Shown piece after piece: positions 48,238 through 56,540 of a stretch of 64,000 nucleotides of DNA; within the stretch, counting starts at the first letter, position 1, and every line of letters starts with the position of its first letter. The stretch comes from Gemmatimonadota bacterium (GTDB lineage: Bacteria; Gemmatimonadota; Gemmatimonadetes; Palauibacterales; Palauibacteraceae). A program made the position numbers and the translations under genes. Below the pieces are notes generated by a model. It did no database searches and was not told the origin of the DNA. It worked only from the letters and a program-made list of their open reading frames with translations. The stretch lies in assembly GCA_022820995.1 (NCBI GenBank), contig JAJEEM010000039.1, positions 20,203 through 84,202 on the forward strand. Direction: 5' to 3'.

Positions 48238-49374
48238 TTGAGCGAGACGCAAGCACGCCCGGGATACCTCCTGCTCGAGGACGGCCGCCGATTCGGCGGC
48301 GCCTACGTGGGCCCCGAGACCGAGACCGCCGGCGAGGCCGTCTTCACCACGGTGATGACGGGATACCACGAGGTGCTCACGGACCCCTCGTTCGCCGCGC
48401 AGATCGTCGTCATGACCGCGCCCATGCAGGGGGTATACGGCATCCGCGATCTCGACGTTCAGTCGCGGCGGCCCTGGGTCGCGGGCTTCGTCGTGAGGCA
48501 CCTGTCGCACGAGATCGGTTCCGGCCCCGCCGATTCCACGCTGCCCGAATACCTCGCCTCGCACGGGATACCGACGCTCATCGGCGCGGACACCCGGGCG
48601 CTGACGCGCCACATCCGCGATGCGGGAGCCATGCGGGCCGTCATCGCGCACGACGGCGTGGCGCAGGAGCGGGCCGCCGAGCGCCTCGCCGCCGAGCCGG
48701 AGATGTCCGGCCGCGACCTCGCGACCGCCGTCTCGACCCCGGAACCGTACGAACTCGACCCGCTCGACGACCCCGCCGACCGGGGTCTCGTGCTCTGCCT
48801 CGACTACGGCGTGAAGACGCGCAGCCTCGACCTCTTCCGCCGCGAGGGATACCGCGTGCGCGTCGTCCCCTGCGACACGGACGCCGAGGCGCTGCTGGCC
48901 GCCCGCCCGGACGGCGTCTTCGTCTCGAACGGACCCGGCGATCCGGAGGCCGTGCCGGGCGCGGTCGAGCGCATCCGCACCCTGAGCGACGCGGGCGTCC
49001 CCCTGTTCGGCATCTGCCTCGGACACCAACTCATCGCGCGCGCCTTCGGGGGCACGAACTACAAGCTCCCCTACGGGCACCGGGGCGGGAATCACCCCGT
49101 GCTCAACCATGCCACCGGCGCCGTGGAGATCACCTCGCAGAATCACGGCTTTTCCGTGCTCGAAAAGGATGGACGGATCGAGGGCGGCGAGGATCTCGAG
49201 ATCACTCACCGAAATCTGAACGACGGCACCGTGGAGGGGCTGGTTCACCGCGAGCGGCCGGTGTTCGCCGTGCAGTACCACCCCGAATCGGCCCCCGGAC
49301 CCCACGACAGCCGATACCTGTTCAACCGCTTCGTCGAGACGATGCGGAGTCACGGCAGCCCCGTCCCGGGTTGA
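48238..49374 (+). CDS. carA: Carbamoyl-phosphate synthase small subunit
   Basis: GEAVFTT.MTGY.E..TDPS, SNGPGDP, GICLGHQ, SQNHG, QYHPE; start approximate. Confidence 0.96.
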   Translation: MSETQARPGYLLLEDGRRFGGAYVGPETETAGEAVFTTVMTGYHEVLTDPSFAAQIVVMTAPMQGVYGIRDLDVQSRRPWVAGFVVRHLSHEIGSGPADSTLPEYLASHGIPTLIGADTRALTRHIRDAGAMRAVIAHDGVAQERAAERLAAEPEMSGRDLATAVSTPEPYELDPLDDPADRGLVLCLDYGVKTRSLDLFRREGYRVRVVPCDTDAEALLAARPDGVFVSNGPGDPEAVPGAVERIRTLSDAGVPLFGICLGHQLIARAFGGTNYKLPYGHRGGNHPVLNHATGAVEITSQNHGFSVLEKDGRIEGGEDLEITHRNLNDGTVEGLVHRERPVFAVQYHPESAPGPHDSRYLFNRFVETMRSHGSPVPG

Positions 49375-49467
49375 TCGCCGTACCATGCGTTGAATCATGG
49401 CGATGTGTTCTCTAGGTTGCGGCGGGCCTTCGCCCACGGACCCACACTTCACGGACCGTCGCGCCAC

Positions 49468-50367
49468 GTGATCTACGACAAGCGAAACACGGTGATCGCC
49501 CTCCTGGCACTGCTCGGCCTCTTCGGCGTGGGTGCGATCCTCTCCATCTGGCTGACGGTGGGGAATACGTCGTTTCTCGCCGGCGGACGGGTCGCGGTCG
49601 TCCCGTTGCGGGGCGTGATCGAGGACGAAGCGGCGTTCACCAGGGCGCTCGACGGTTTTCGCGAAGACCCCGGCGTGCGCGCCTTCGTGATCGAGATCGA
49701 GTCGCCCGGCGGCACGGTCGGCGCCTCGCAGAGCATTTTCGAAGCCATCCGCGAACTGCGGGACGAAGACGACCGGCCGGTCCTCGCCTGGATGGGCGAC
49801 GTCGGAGCTTCCGGGGGATACTACGCCGCGGTGGGGGCTGACAGCGTGTACGCACTGCCCGGCACGATGACCGGGTCCATCGGCGTCATCATGGAGTTCC
49901 CCAACGCCGAGGAGCTGTTCCGCAAGGTCGGCGTCGACTGGGAAGTCGTGGCGAGCGGCGAGCACAAGGATCTCGGCGGCCTGGGCCGCGCCCTTTCTCC
50001 GGAGGGCCGCGAGATCCTCGAAGACGTCGTGGGCGACGTACACGAGCAGTTCGTCGAGGTCGTTTCCGAGAACCGGAACCTGGATCGGGAGACCGTCCTC
50101 GGGCTCGCGGACGGCCGCGTCTTTTCGGGCCGGCAGGCGAACGAACTCGGCCTCGTCGACGGCCTGATGACCCTGTCCGAGACCATCGCGCTCGCGGGTC
50201 GGATGGCGGGCCTGGGAACGGACCCGACGATCGTGCGCCCGCGCGAACCGACCATCAGTCTGTTCGACATTCTCGGCGGGCTGAGCATCGGCGAAGCGCA
50301 GACGTGGCTCGGGTCGCTGGCGCCCCTGCGTCCCGGCGCGCCGAGACTCCTCTTTGAACTGAGATAA
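49468..50367 (+). CDS. sppA: Signal peptide peptidase SppA (36K type); start may instead be TTG 49390
   Basis: N-terminal TM, SPGG, ASGGYY, TGSIGV, DGRVFSG, GLVD. Confidence 0.92.
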   Translation: MIYDKRNTVIALLALLGLFGVGAILSIWLTVGNTSFLAGGRVAVVPLRGVIEDEAAFTRALDGFREDPGVRAFVIEIESPGGTVGASQSIFEAIRELRDEDDRPVLAWMGDVGASGGYYAAVGADSVYALPGTMTGSIGVIMEFPNAEELFRKVGVDWEVVASGEHKDLGGLGRALSPEGREILEDVVGDVHEQFVEVVSENRNLDRETVLGLADGRVFSGRQANELGLVDGLMTLSETIALAGRMAGLGTDPTIVRPREPTISLFDILGGLSIGEAQTWLGSLAPLRPGAPRLLFELR

Positions 50368-50431
50368 GCCGCTCCCGTCCCGGAGCGGAACGCCACTACC
50401 AAGGATCGCAAACGCTCGGAGGAGAGGGAGA

Positions 50432-50722
50432 ATGACGAAGGCGGATCTCATCGAACAGGTCCACGAGGCCATCGGCCCCGGCGTGACCAAGAGGGACTGT
50501 GCAGCGGTGGTCAACGCGTTCCTGAACGCGGTCAAGGGAGCCGTCGTGCAAGGCAACCACATCGAGATTCGCGGCTTCGGCACGTTCAAGGTTCGGGAGC
50601 GCCGGACCCGCATGGCGCGCAACCCGCGCACGGGAGACCCCGTCCGCGTGCCGCCGAGGAAGGTGCCCGTCTTCAAGCCCTCGCGGCTGTTGCGCGACGA
50701 GGTGGCGTCGAACCTCGAGTGA
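50432..50722 (+). CDS. HU/IHF family DNA-binding protein
   Basis: MTKADL, IEIRGFGTF, ARNPRTG, PVFKPS; strong RBS. Confidence 0.95.
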   Translation: MTKADLIEQVHEAIGPGVTKRDCAAVVNAFLNAVKGAVVQGNHIEIRGFGTFKVRERRTRMARNPRTGDPVRVPPRKVPVFKPSRLLRDEVASNLE

Positions 50723-50738
50723 GCCGGGGCGGGACGGG

Positions 50739-51908
50739 TCAGCCGAAGAAGCCGGCGATCCGCTCCAGTCCTTCTTCCAGCACTTCCGGCTCCACCGCGA
50801 AGTTGAAGCGCAGGTGTCCCGGAGAGCCGAACGGCTCGCCCGGCATGCATGCCACCTGCACGTCGGCGAGCAGCCGCTCCGCGACATCGAGCGACCTCGC
50901 GCCGCCGCCGATCCGCGCGTAGAAGTACAGAGCGCCGTCGGGCGGAAACGCCTCGATCCCGTCGATCTCCGCGAACCTCGAGAGCCCCGTTCCCCTGAGT
51001 TCGGCGAGCCTGGACAGGAGATCGTCGACGAACGTCTCCCGGGGGGCGCTCTCGCCGAGCGCGGCCGCGGCGGCGTGCTGGGAGGGGCCGACGGCCCCGG
51101 AGGTCGTCTGTCCCTGCAGATCCGCCATCTTCCGGACGACCTCCTGCGGCCCCACGGCATACCCGATGCGGAACCCCGGCATGCAGAACGCCTTCGACAC
51201 GCCGTCGAGCAGGATCGTCCTCTCCCCGCGCTCCGCGATGTCGAACACGGACGGCGCCGGCGCCGCGTAGGCGAGCCGCCGGTAGATCTCGTCGGAGAGC
51301 ACCCAGATCCCGTGCCGCTCCGCCCACGCCATGATCTCGCGCAGGAGGTCGGGCGGGATGACGGCCCCGGTCGGGTTCCCCGGACTGTTGAGCATGAGCC
51401 CCCGGGTCTGCGCCGTGCGGGCGGCCTCGAGGTCCTCGACCGTCGGCACGAACCCGCCGTCCCACGTCGTCTCCACGATGACCGGCGCCGCCCCCGCGAG
51501 CCGGACGATCGTGGTGTAGCTCGGCCAGAAGGGGGAGGGCACGAGCACCTCGTCGCCCGCGCCGAAGAGGGCGTAGCAGCAGTTGAACAGCGACTGCTTC
51601 ACGCCCGCGCTCACGATCACGGCGCCCGGGTCCACCGCCTCCTCCGCCGTCGTCTCGCACAGATAGCGCGCGATCGCCTCGCGCAGTTCCGGCAGGCCCG
51701 ACGTCGGGGGATATCCCGTCTTCCCCTCCTCCACCGCCCGAATGCCGGCGCGGGCCGCGAAGGGTGGCGCGGGGTACTGCGGCTCGCCGGCCGAAAGGTC
51801 CACGACCGGAACTCCCGCCGCCCTCAGCTTCCGGGCGCGCGCGGCCAGCACCAGCGTCGCGGATGCCTCGAGCCGGGCGACGTTCGGGGAAAACTCCGTA
51901 AGGGGCAC
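50739..51908 (-). CDS. Class I PLP aminotransferase (aspartate aminotransferase-like)
   Basis: DLSAGEP, LNSPGNPTG, LSDEIY, GVSKAFCMPGFRIGY. Confidence 0.92.
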   Translation of the reverse strand: MPLTEFSPNVARLEASATLVLAARARKLRAAGVPVVDLSAGEPQYPAPPFAARAGIRAVEEGKTGYPPTSGLPELREAIARYLCETTAEEAVDPGAVIVSAGVKQSLFNCCYALFGAGDEVLVPSPFWPSYTTIVRLAGAAPVIVETTWDGGFVPTVEDLEAARTAQTRGLMLNSPGNPTGAVIPPDLLREIMAWAERHGIWVLSDEIYRRLAYAAPAPSVFDIAERGERTILLDGVSKAFCMPGFRIGYAVGPQEVVRKMADLQGQTTSGAVGPSQHAAAAALGESAPRETFVDDLLSRLAELRGTGLSRFAEIDGIEAFPPDGALYFYARIGGGARSLDVAERLLADVQVACMPGEPFGSPGHLRFNFAVEPEVLEEGLERIAGFFG

Positions 51909-51942
51909 GGTCGCGCACTCTTGTCGAAAGGGGTGGGTCGGA

Positions 51943-51971
51943 TTGAGAGAGCGCTGCCGCGCCCCTATCTT
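51943..51971 (+). promoter_or_regulatory. Candidate sigma70-type promoter of the moaD/moaE unit
   Basis: TTGAGA-17 bp-TATCTT. Confidence 0.55.
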
Positions 51972-52000
51972 CGGCTGCTGGATGGTACGCGGGGGAAGAC

Positions 52001-52028
52001 GATGACGACAGAGAGATGACGACAGAGA
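52001..52028 (+). repeat. Perfect 14-bp tandem duplication containing a start codon
   Basis: GATGACGACAGAGA x2. Confidence 0.9.
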
Positions 52029-52291
52029 CGGCAAGCGCGCTGGCCCCGGCGGACGTGTTGGCCGCCGTGCGGGATTTCTTCCTCGGGGACGACCGGATGG
52101 TCGACGCCTGGGTCGATACCGAGAGCGACACGCACATCGCCTTCTGCACCTTCAGGGGCAACCTCTCCGTGGCGGCCTTCCCGGACCCCGGGGGGAGCGA
52201 TGCGACGCGCGTCCGGGTGACGACGCTCCGCGAAGAGGGGATCGTGCCGCGGCTCCTCGCCCACCTCCAGCTCGCGAACGCGCGCCCATGA
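52016..52291 (+). CDS. Hypothetical protein (91 aa) coupled to moaD
   Basis: Typical codon use; stop overlaps moaD ATG (ATGA). Confidence 0.75.
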   Translation: MTTETASALAPADVLAAVRDFFLGDDRMVDAWVDTESDTHIAFCTFRGNLSVAAFPDPGGSDATRVRVTTLREEGIVPRLLAHLQLANARP

Positions 52292-52542
52292 TGGACCGGA
52301 TCTCGGTTCGCACCCTCTTCTTCGGCGTGTACGGCGAACTCGCCGCGCGCAGGGAGGGGTCGGCGGAGCTCCCGGCGGACAGCACCGTGGCGGACCTCGT
52401 CGAGGCCCTGCGGGGAGCCGGCGGGCTCGACTGGCTCCCGGAGAGCGTCGTCGTCGCGGTCAACCAGAGTTACGCGGAGGCCGGCACCACCCTGTCCGAC
52501 GGAGACGAGGTCGCGCTCATCCCTCCCGTGGCGGGGGGCTGA
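52288..52542 (+). CDS. moaD: Molybdopterin synthase sulfur carrier subunit
   Basis: VRTLFFG, VAVNQSY, GDEVALIPPVAGG with C-terminal GG. Confidence 0.95.
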   Translation: MMDRISVRTLFFGVYGELAARREGSAELPADSTVADLVEALRGAGGLDWLPESVVVAVNQSYAEAGTTLSDGDEVALIPPVAGG

Positions 52543-52546
52543 GCCG

Positions 52547-53038
52547 GTGCCGCAGGGGTCGGACGACCGCGTCCGGACGTGGATTACCCGCGAGAGTCTG
52601 GACGATTTCGCGCAGTTCGAGGATATTGTACGGGAAGTCGGGTCCGTGGAGGACGGTGCGCTGCTCTTCTTTCAGGGGCGGGTTCGCCGCACGAACCGCG
52701 GCCGAGCGGTGTCGCGCCTCGCCTACGAGGCGTACGGGGAGATGGCGGAGCGAGAGCTGTCCGCCATCTGCCACGAGGCGCTGGAGACGTTCGATGTCGG
52801 CTCCGTCGCCGCGGCCCACCGCGTGGGCGACCTCGGGCTGGGAGAGGTGAGCGTGGCGATCGCGGTCACGTCGGCACACCGCGACGACGGCTACCGGGCT
52901 TCGCGGTGGATTATCGAAACGATCAAGGTCAGACTGCCGGTCTGGAAGCACGAGCACTACGAGGATGGCGAATCGCACTGGGTGGGAGCCCCGAGTCCGG
53001 AAGCGGGGGCTTCAGCCGGCGGTCCGCGGTTCGGGTAG
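52547..53038 (+). CDS. moaE: Molybdopterin synthase catalytic subunit
   Basis: GA...F.GRVR, LAYEAY..MA, HRVG, AHR, PVWKHEH. Confidence 0.95.
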   Translation: MPQGSDDRVRTWITRESLDDFAQFEDIVREVGSVEDGALLFFQGRVRRTNRGRAVSRLAYEAYGEMAERELSAICHEALETFDVGSVAAAHRVGDLGLGEVSVAIAVTSAHRDDGYRASRWIIETIKVRLPVWKHEHYEDGESHWVGAPSPEAGASAGGPRFG

Positions 53039-53117
53039 GAAGGTCTGGTCAGGGGCGGTCCGATGGATCCCGGGGCACACGGCCCCGGACGCGGGCGCCC
53101 AAATCGAGGAGGACGCC

Positions 53118-53240
53118 ATGTTGAAGATGGTCCGCAACCTGCTGGTCGTCGCGATGATCGCGACGGTTTCGTTTGCCGGAGACTGTGGCGACGACGACGA
53201 CAACATGATGATGCAGGAGGACGTCACGGCGATCGGCTAG
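53118..53240 (+). CDS. 40-aa secreted or lipoprotein-like acidic peptide
   Basis: GAGGAGG RBS; MLKMVRNLLVVAMIATVSFA signal-like half followed by GDCGDDDDNMMMQEDVTAIG; strong hairpin downstream. Confidence 0.7.
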   Translation: MLKMVRNLLVVAMIATVSFAGDCGDDDDNMMMQEDVTAIG

Positions 53241-53255
53241 CCGTCCCCGGCGAGG

Positions 53256-53287
53256 ACTCCGCGCAGCCGTCGGGTTGCGCGGAGTTT
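53256..53287 (+). terminator. Hairpin after the small peptide gene
   Basis: ACTCCGCGCAGCC-GTCG-GGTTGCGCGGAGT 13-bp stem (one G-U) with a short T run. Confidence 0.6.
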
Positions 53288-53291
53288 CCGC

Positions 53292-53352
53292 CACTCGCCG
53301 CTCCCGGCCCGGAGGGCGACGAGCTTCCCGCGCAACCCTCGCGAACGGTGCC
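53292..53352 (+). promoter_or_regulatory. Moco/Tuco riboswitch-like leader of moaA
   Basis: CACTC..AGGGC-GACGA-GCTTCCCG-CGCG hairpin-AACGGTG-CC-ATG resembles the 3' half of the Moco RNA motif as recalled. Confidence 0.4.
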
Positions 53353-54333
53353 ATGAGAGATCAGTTCGGCCGTCGCATCCGGTATCTCCGGATCTCGGTC
53401 ACAGACCGGTGCAATCTCCGTTGCACGTACTGCATGCCGGAGGAGGGGCTCGCGTGGATCCCCAAGCCGGAGATGCTCGCCTACGAGGAGATCGCCGAGA
53501 TCGTGCGCCAGATGTCCGCGCTCGGGCTGGAACGGGTCCGGATCACGGGCGGAGAACCGCTCGTCCGCAAGGACCTGCCGGACCTCGTGGGTCTGATCGC
53601 GGCGGTCCCCGGCATCGACGACATCTCGCTCTCCACCAACGCCATCCTCCTGCCCCGTTTCGCGAGCGCGCTCCGTGAAGCCGGCGTCGCGCGCGTGAAC
53701 GTGAGCCTCGATACGCTCGACCGGGACCGGTTCGAGGAGATCGTCCGGCGGCCCGCGCGGCGTTTCGATGAGACGATGGACGGCCTCCGCGCGGCAGAGG
53801 AGGCCGGTTTCGCGCCGATCAAGATCAACTGCGTCATCATGCGGGGCCTCAACGACCACGAGGTCGTCGACTTCGCCGAGATCACGCGCGAGCGGCCGTG
53901 GCACGTGCGCTTCATCGAACTCATGCCGGTGGGACAGAACCTCCACCTCACCGACCGCTTCATCTCGACCGACGAAGTGCTCGAGCGGATCCGCGCAATC
54001 GAGAATCTCCTGCCGGACCCGGGACCGAGGGGGAACGGTCCCGCCGTGTACTACCGCTTCCCGGGCGGCCGGGGGACGGTGGGCGTGATCACGCCCCTCT
54101 CCCACAACTACTGCGAGCGCTGCAACCGCATGCGGCTGACCGCCGACGGCAAGCTCCGGACCTGTCTGTTCGGCGACCACGAAGTGGACCTCAAGGGCCC
54201 GCTGCGCGAGACCGGAAGCATCGAGGCCGCGGTGGCGGAGGCGCTCGCCGGAAAGCCGAAGCGCCATTACCTGGAACTGGGCACGGCGGCCGGGAGCGGC
54301 GGGCTCGCGGCGCTGAGCCAGGTGGGGGGCTGA
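53353..54333 (+). CDS. moaA: GTP 3',8-cyclase (radical SAM)
   Basis: YLRISVTDRCNLRCTYC, TGGEP, RFIELMP, CERCNRMR..C, C-terminal GG. Confidence 0.97.
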   Translation: MRDQFGRRIRYLRISVTDRCNLRCTYCMPEEGLAWIPKPEMLAYEEIAEIVRQMSALGLERVRITGGEPLVRKDLPDLVGLIAAVPGIDDISLSTNAILLPRFASALREAGVARVNVSLDTLDRDRFEEIVRRPARRFDETMDGLRAAEEAGFAPIKINCVIMRGLNDHEVVDFAEITRERPWHVRFIELMPVGQNLHLTDRFISTDEVLERIRAIENLLPDPGPRGNGPAVYYRFPGGRGTVGVITPLSHNYCERCNRMRLTADGKLRTCLFGDHEVDLKGPLRETGSIEAAVAEALAGKPKRHYLELGTAAGSGGLAALSQVGG

Positions 54334-54575
54334 TGACCTACGAGGAACGACTCCGGCACAGAGATCTGATCGAACGCGCGGCGGAGCTGCGCAGGCGGCT
54401 GGAACTCGGAGACGGCGATGCCCCCATGCGGCGCGAGGAGGGGCGGGAACTGGCGGCGATCCTCGAGTCGACGCTCAGCGAGATCGGCCCGGAGCGCTGG
54501 GATCGGGTGATGGAGATGGTCGCGAGCGAAGCCGCGCGCAGGGCGGGTGCGGCCCCGGCCCCGCTCTTCGACTGA
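54333..54575 (+). CDS. Hypothetical helical protein (80 aa) coupled to moaA
   Basis: TGATG overlap with the moaA stop; typical codon use. Confidence 0.65.
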   Translation: MTYEERLRHRDLIERAAELRRRLELGDGDAPMRREEGRELAAILESTLSEIGPERWDRVMEMVASEAARRAGAAPAPLFD

Positions 54576-54961
54576 TCGGCGCCGCTTCGCCGCACCGCGG
54601 GCTCCTCGCGGCCGGGTTCCTGCTCGCGGGCCTCGGCGTCGCCGCCGGAGCCTTCGGCGCGCACTCGCTCGAGGGTCGCCTCGCCGCGGAGGAACTCGCG
54701 ATCTTCGACACGGCGGCCCGCCACCACATGCTGCACGCCCTCGGGCTCATCCTCCTCGGCCTCGCGGCGGCCCGCTGGCCGGACGCGGCGTGGAAGGCCC
54801 CCGGGCTTCTGATGTTGTGCGGCGTCGCCGTGTTCAGCGGCACCCTCTACGCGCTCGCACTGTCCGGCATGGGCTGGCTCGGCGCGGTCACGCCGATCGG
54901 GGGCGCCGCGCTCATCGCCGCTTGGGCATGGGCCGGCTGGATCGCCTTCACCCGAACCTGA
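54572..54961 (+). CDS. DUF423/YgdD family membrane protein, probable CTG start
   Basis: GAFGAHSL, F.TAARHHMLHA, FSGTLY, TPIGG; conserved part begins upstream of the first in-frame ATG (54728). Confidence 0.85.
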   Translation: MIGAASPHRGLLAAGFLLAGLGVAAGAFGAHSLEGRLAAEELAIFDTAARHHMLHALGLILLGLAAARWPDAAWKAPGLLMLCGVAVFSGTLYALALSGMGWLGAVTPIGGAALIAAWAWAGWIAFTRT

Positions 54962-55033
54962 CGCGGCCGGCGCCGCGCCGCCCCTTGACGCCCGCTTAGG
55001 TTGAACGGCCGTCCCCATAACCGAGAGGTCCGA

Positions 55034-55588
55034 TTGGCGATCAAGAGCGACGGCTGGATCCGGCGCATGGCGCGCGAGCAGGGAATGATCGAACCCTTCG
55101 CCGACCGCCAGGTCCGCGACGGCGTCATCTCCTACGGCGTCAGCAGCTACGGCTACGACATGCGCGTCGCCGACGAGTTCAGGATCTTCCACAATGCGCT
55201 CTTCCCGGTCGTCGACCCCAAGAAGTTCGACGAACGCTCCTTCCTCGAGTACTCGGGGGATGTCTGCATCATACCCCCGAACTCCTTCGCCCTCGCCCGC
55301 TCGATCGAGTACTTCCGCATCCCGAGGAACATCCTCACCATCTGCGTGGGGAAGAGCACCTACGCCCGCTGCGGCCTCATCGTGAACGTCACGCCCTTCG
55401 AGCCGGAGTGGGAAGGGCACGTGACGCTCGAGATCTCGAACACGACCCCGCTCCCCGCGCGGGTTTACGCGAACGAGGGGATCGCCCAGGTCCTCTTCTT
55501 CGAGTCCGACGAGGTCTGCGAGGTCAGTTACGCGGACAAGGCCGGGAAATACCAGGGCCAGACCGGCGTCACGCCGCCTAAACTCTAG
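55034..55588 (+). CDS. dcd: dCTP deaminase
   Basis: [38 protein letters not shown]; TTG start after GAGAGG. Confidence 0.96.
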   Translation: MAIKSDGWIRRMAREQGMIEPFADRQVRDGVISYGVSSYGYDMRVADEFRIFHNALFPVVDPKKFDERSFLEYSGDVCIIPPNSFALARSIEYFRIPRNILTICVGKSTYARCGLIVNVTPFEPEWEGHVTLEISNTTPLPARVYANEGIAQVLFFESDEVCEVSYADKAGKYQGQTGVTPPKL

Positions 55589-56429
55589 CCGCGGTCAGTT
55601 CGCCCAGGAGGCGGGCGAGGAGTCGCGGGTGCTGTTCGGTCAGCACGTGGCCTCCGTCGGTGCACACCGTGAAGTCGCAGCCGAGGCGGGACGCGAGGCG
55701 CTCCGCGGCGTCGACCGGGATCCTCGGGTCGTGCGCTCCCGTCACGACGTGCGCGGCGACCGGGCGGTCGGGCATGCGGTCCTCCAACTCCGCCGGGCGC
55801 CAGTCGGCCAGGATGCGCAGGAGCGTCCGGGCGCGGCGCGGGCTCGCCCAGGGCCGCGCGTAGGCGGCGACCAGGTCGGCGGGGGCCCGGAAGACGGGAC
55901 CGCACGCCCTCCGCAGAACCAGGTGGCCGAGCGGCGCGTACAGCGGCGCCAACACGCCTCCGACCACTCGCCGCACCGCCGAATACCGCAGCAGCCGCAG
56001 CACGGCTGGGCTCCGGATCTCCGGCGTGACCGGATTCGATAGCAGGAGCCCGCTGATCTCCGGTTCCGCCCGCGTGAGCGCGAGCGCGAGCGCCGCGCCC
56101 TGGGAGTGCCCGGCGACGAGTTGCGGCCGCGGGCCCTCCGGCGCGAGCGCCCGCACAAGCTGGCGAAGCCGGCGCACCTCGTCGTCCAGCGCATACGAGA
56201 GCCCCGAATGCGCGTCCGAAACGCCCCGGCCCGGGAGGTCGGGAAGCCAGCACTCCCACCCCCGGTGTTCCTCGGCGAAGCGTTCGGCGACGGGGCGCCA
56301 CGCGCGCCCGTGGGCGCTGATCCCGTGCAGGAAGAGGACAGGGCGCCCCCGCCCCAGAATCGCGACGCGCACCGTGCCGCCGCCGATCGCCACATTGCGC
56401 TCCTCGGACCGCCTGTCGCTCACTCGCAT
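55578..56429 (-). CDS. Alpha/beta-fold hydrolase
   Basis: FLHG, DLPGRG, GHSQG nucleophile elbow, G.HD, GGH. Confidence 0.9.
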   Translation of the reverse strand: MRVSDRRSEERNVAIGGGTVRVAILGRGRPVLFLHGISAHGRAWRPVAERFAEEHRGWECWLPDLPGRGVSDAHSGLSYALDDEVRRLRQLVRALAPEGPRPQLVAGHSQGAALALALTRAEPEISGLLLSNPVTPEIRSPAVLRLLRYSAVRRVVGGVLAPLYAPLGHLVLRRACGPVFRAPADLVAAYARPWASPRRARTLLRILADWRPAELEDRMPDRPVAAHVVTGAHDPRIPVDAAERLASRLGCDFTVCTDGGHVLTEQHPRLLARLLGELTAARV

Positions 56430-56456
56430 CCCCCTGCTTCCGAAGCCAAATACCGC

Positions 56457-56485
56457 TTGCCGGTCCTACCCCTCCGCGATACCTT
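56457..56485 (+). promoter_or_regulatory. Candidate sigma70-type promoter of the nuo operon
   Basis: TTGCCG-17 bp-TACCTT. Confidence 0.6.
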
Positions 56486-56497
56486 CGCGGCGCGGGA

Positions 56498-56515
56498 AAG
56501 TGAAGAAATTCACAA
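56498..56515. promoter_or_regulatory. Rex-like operator just downstream of the nuo promoter
   Basis: AAGTGAA-GAAA-TTCACAA versus Rex consensus TTGTGAA-N4-TTCACAA (12 of 14). Confidence 0.6.
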
Positions 56516-56540
56516 GCTCGCACGAGAGGAGCGAACCCCC

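Noticed and set aside
48238-49374. carA without adjacent carB
   Set aside because: Split carA/carB loci are common; catalytic Cys-His-Glu motifs are intact
53118-54333. RiPP cluster (small peptide plus radical SAM enzyme)
   Set aside because: The radical SAM protein has all MoaA hallmarks, sits with moaD/moaE, and lacks a RRE/PqqD extension; no protease or transporter adjacent
55034-55588. dCTP deaminase as an antiphage nucleotide-depletion system
   Set aside because: It is the housekeeping trimeric Dcd type in a core operon, not the kinase-fused CMP/dCMP-deaminase defence type
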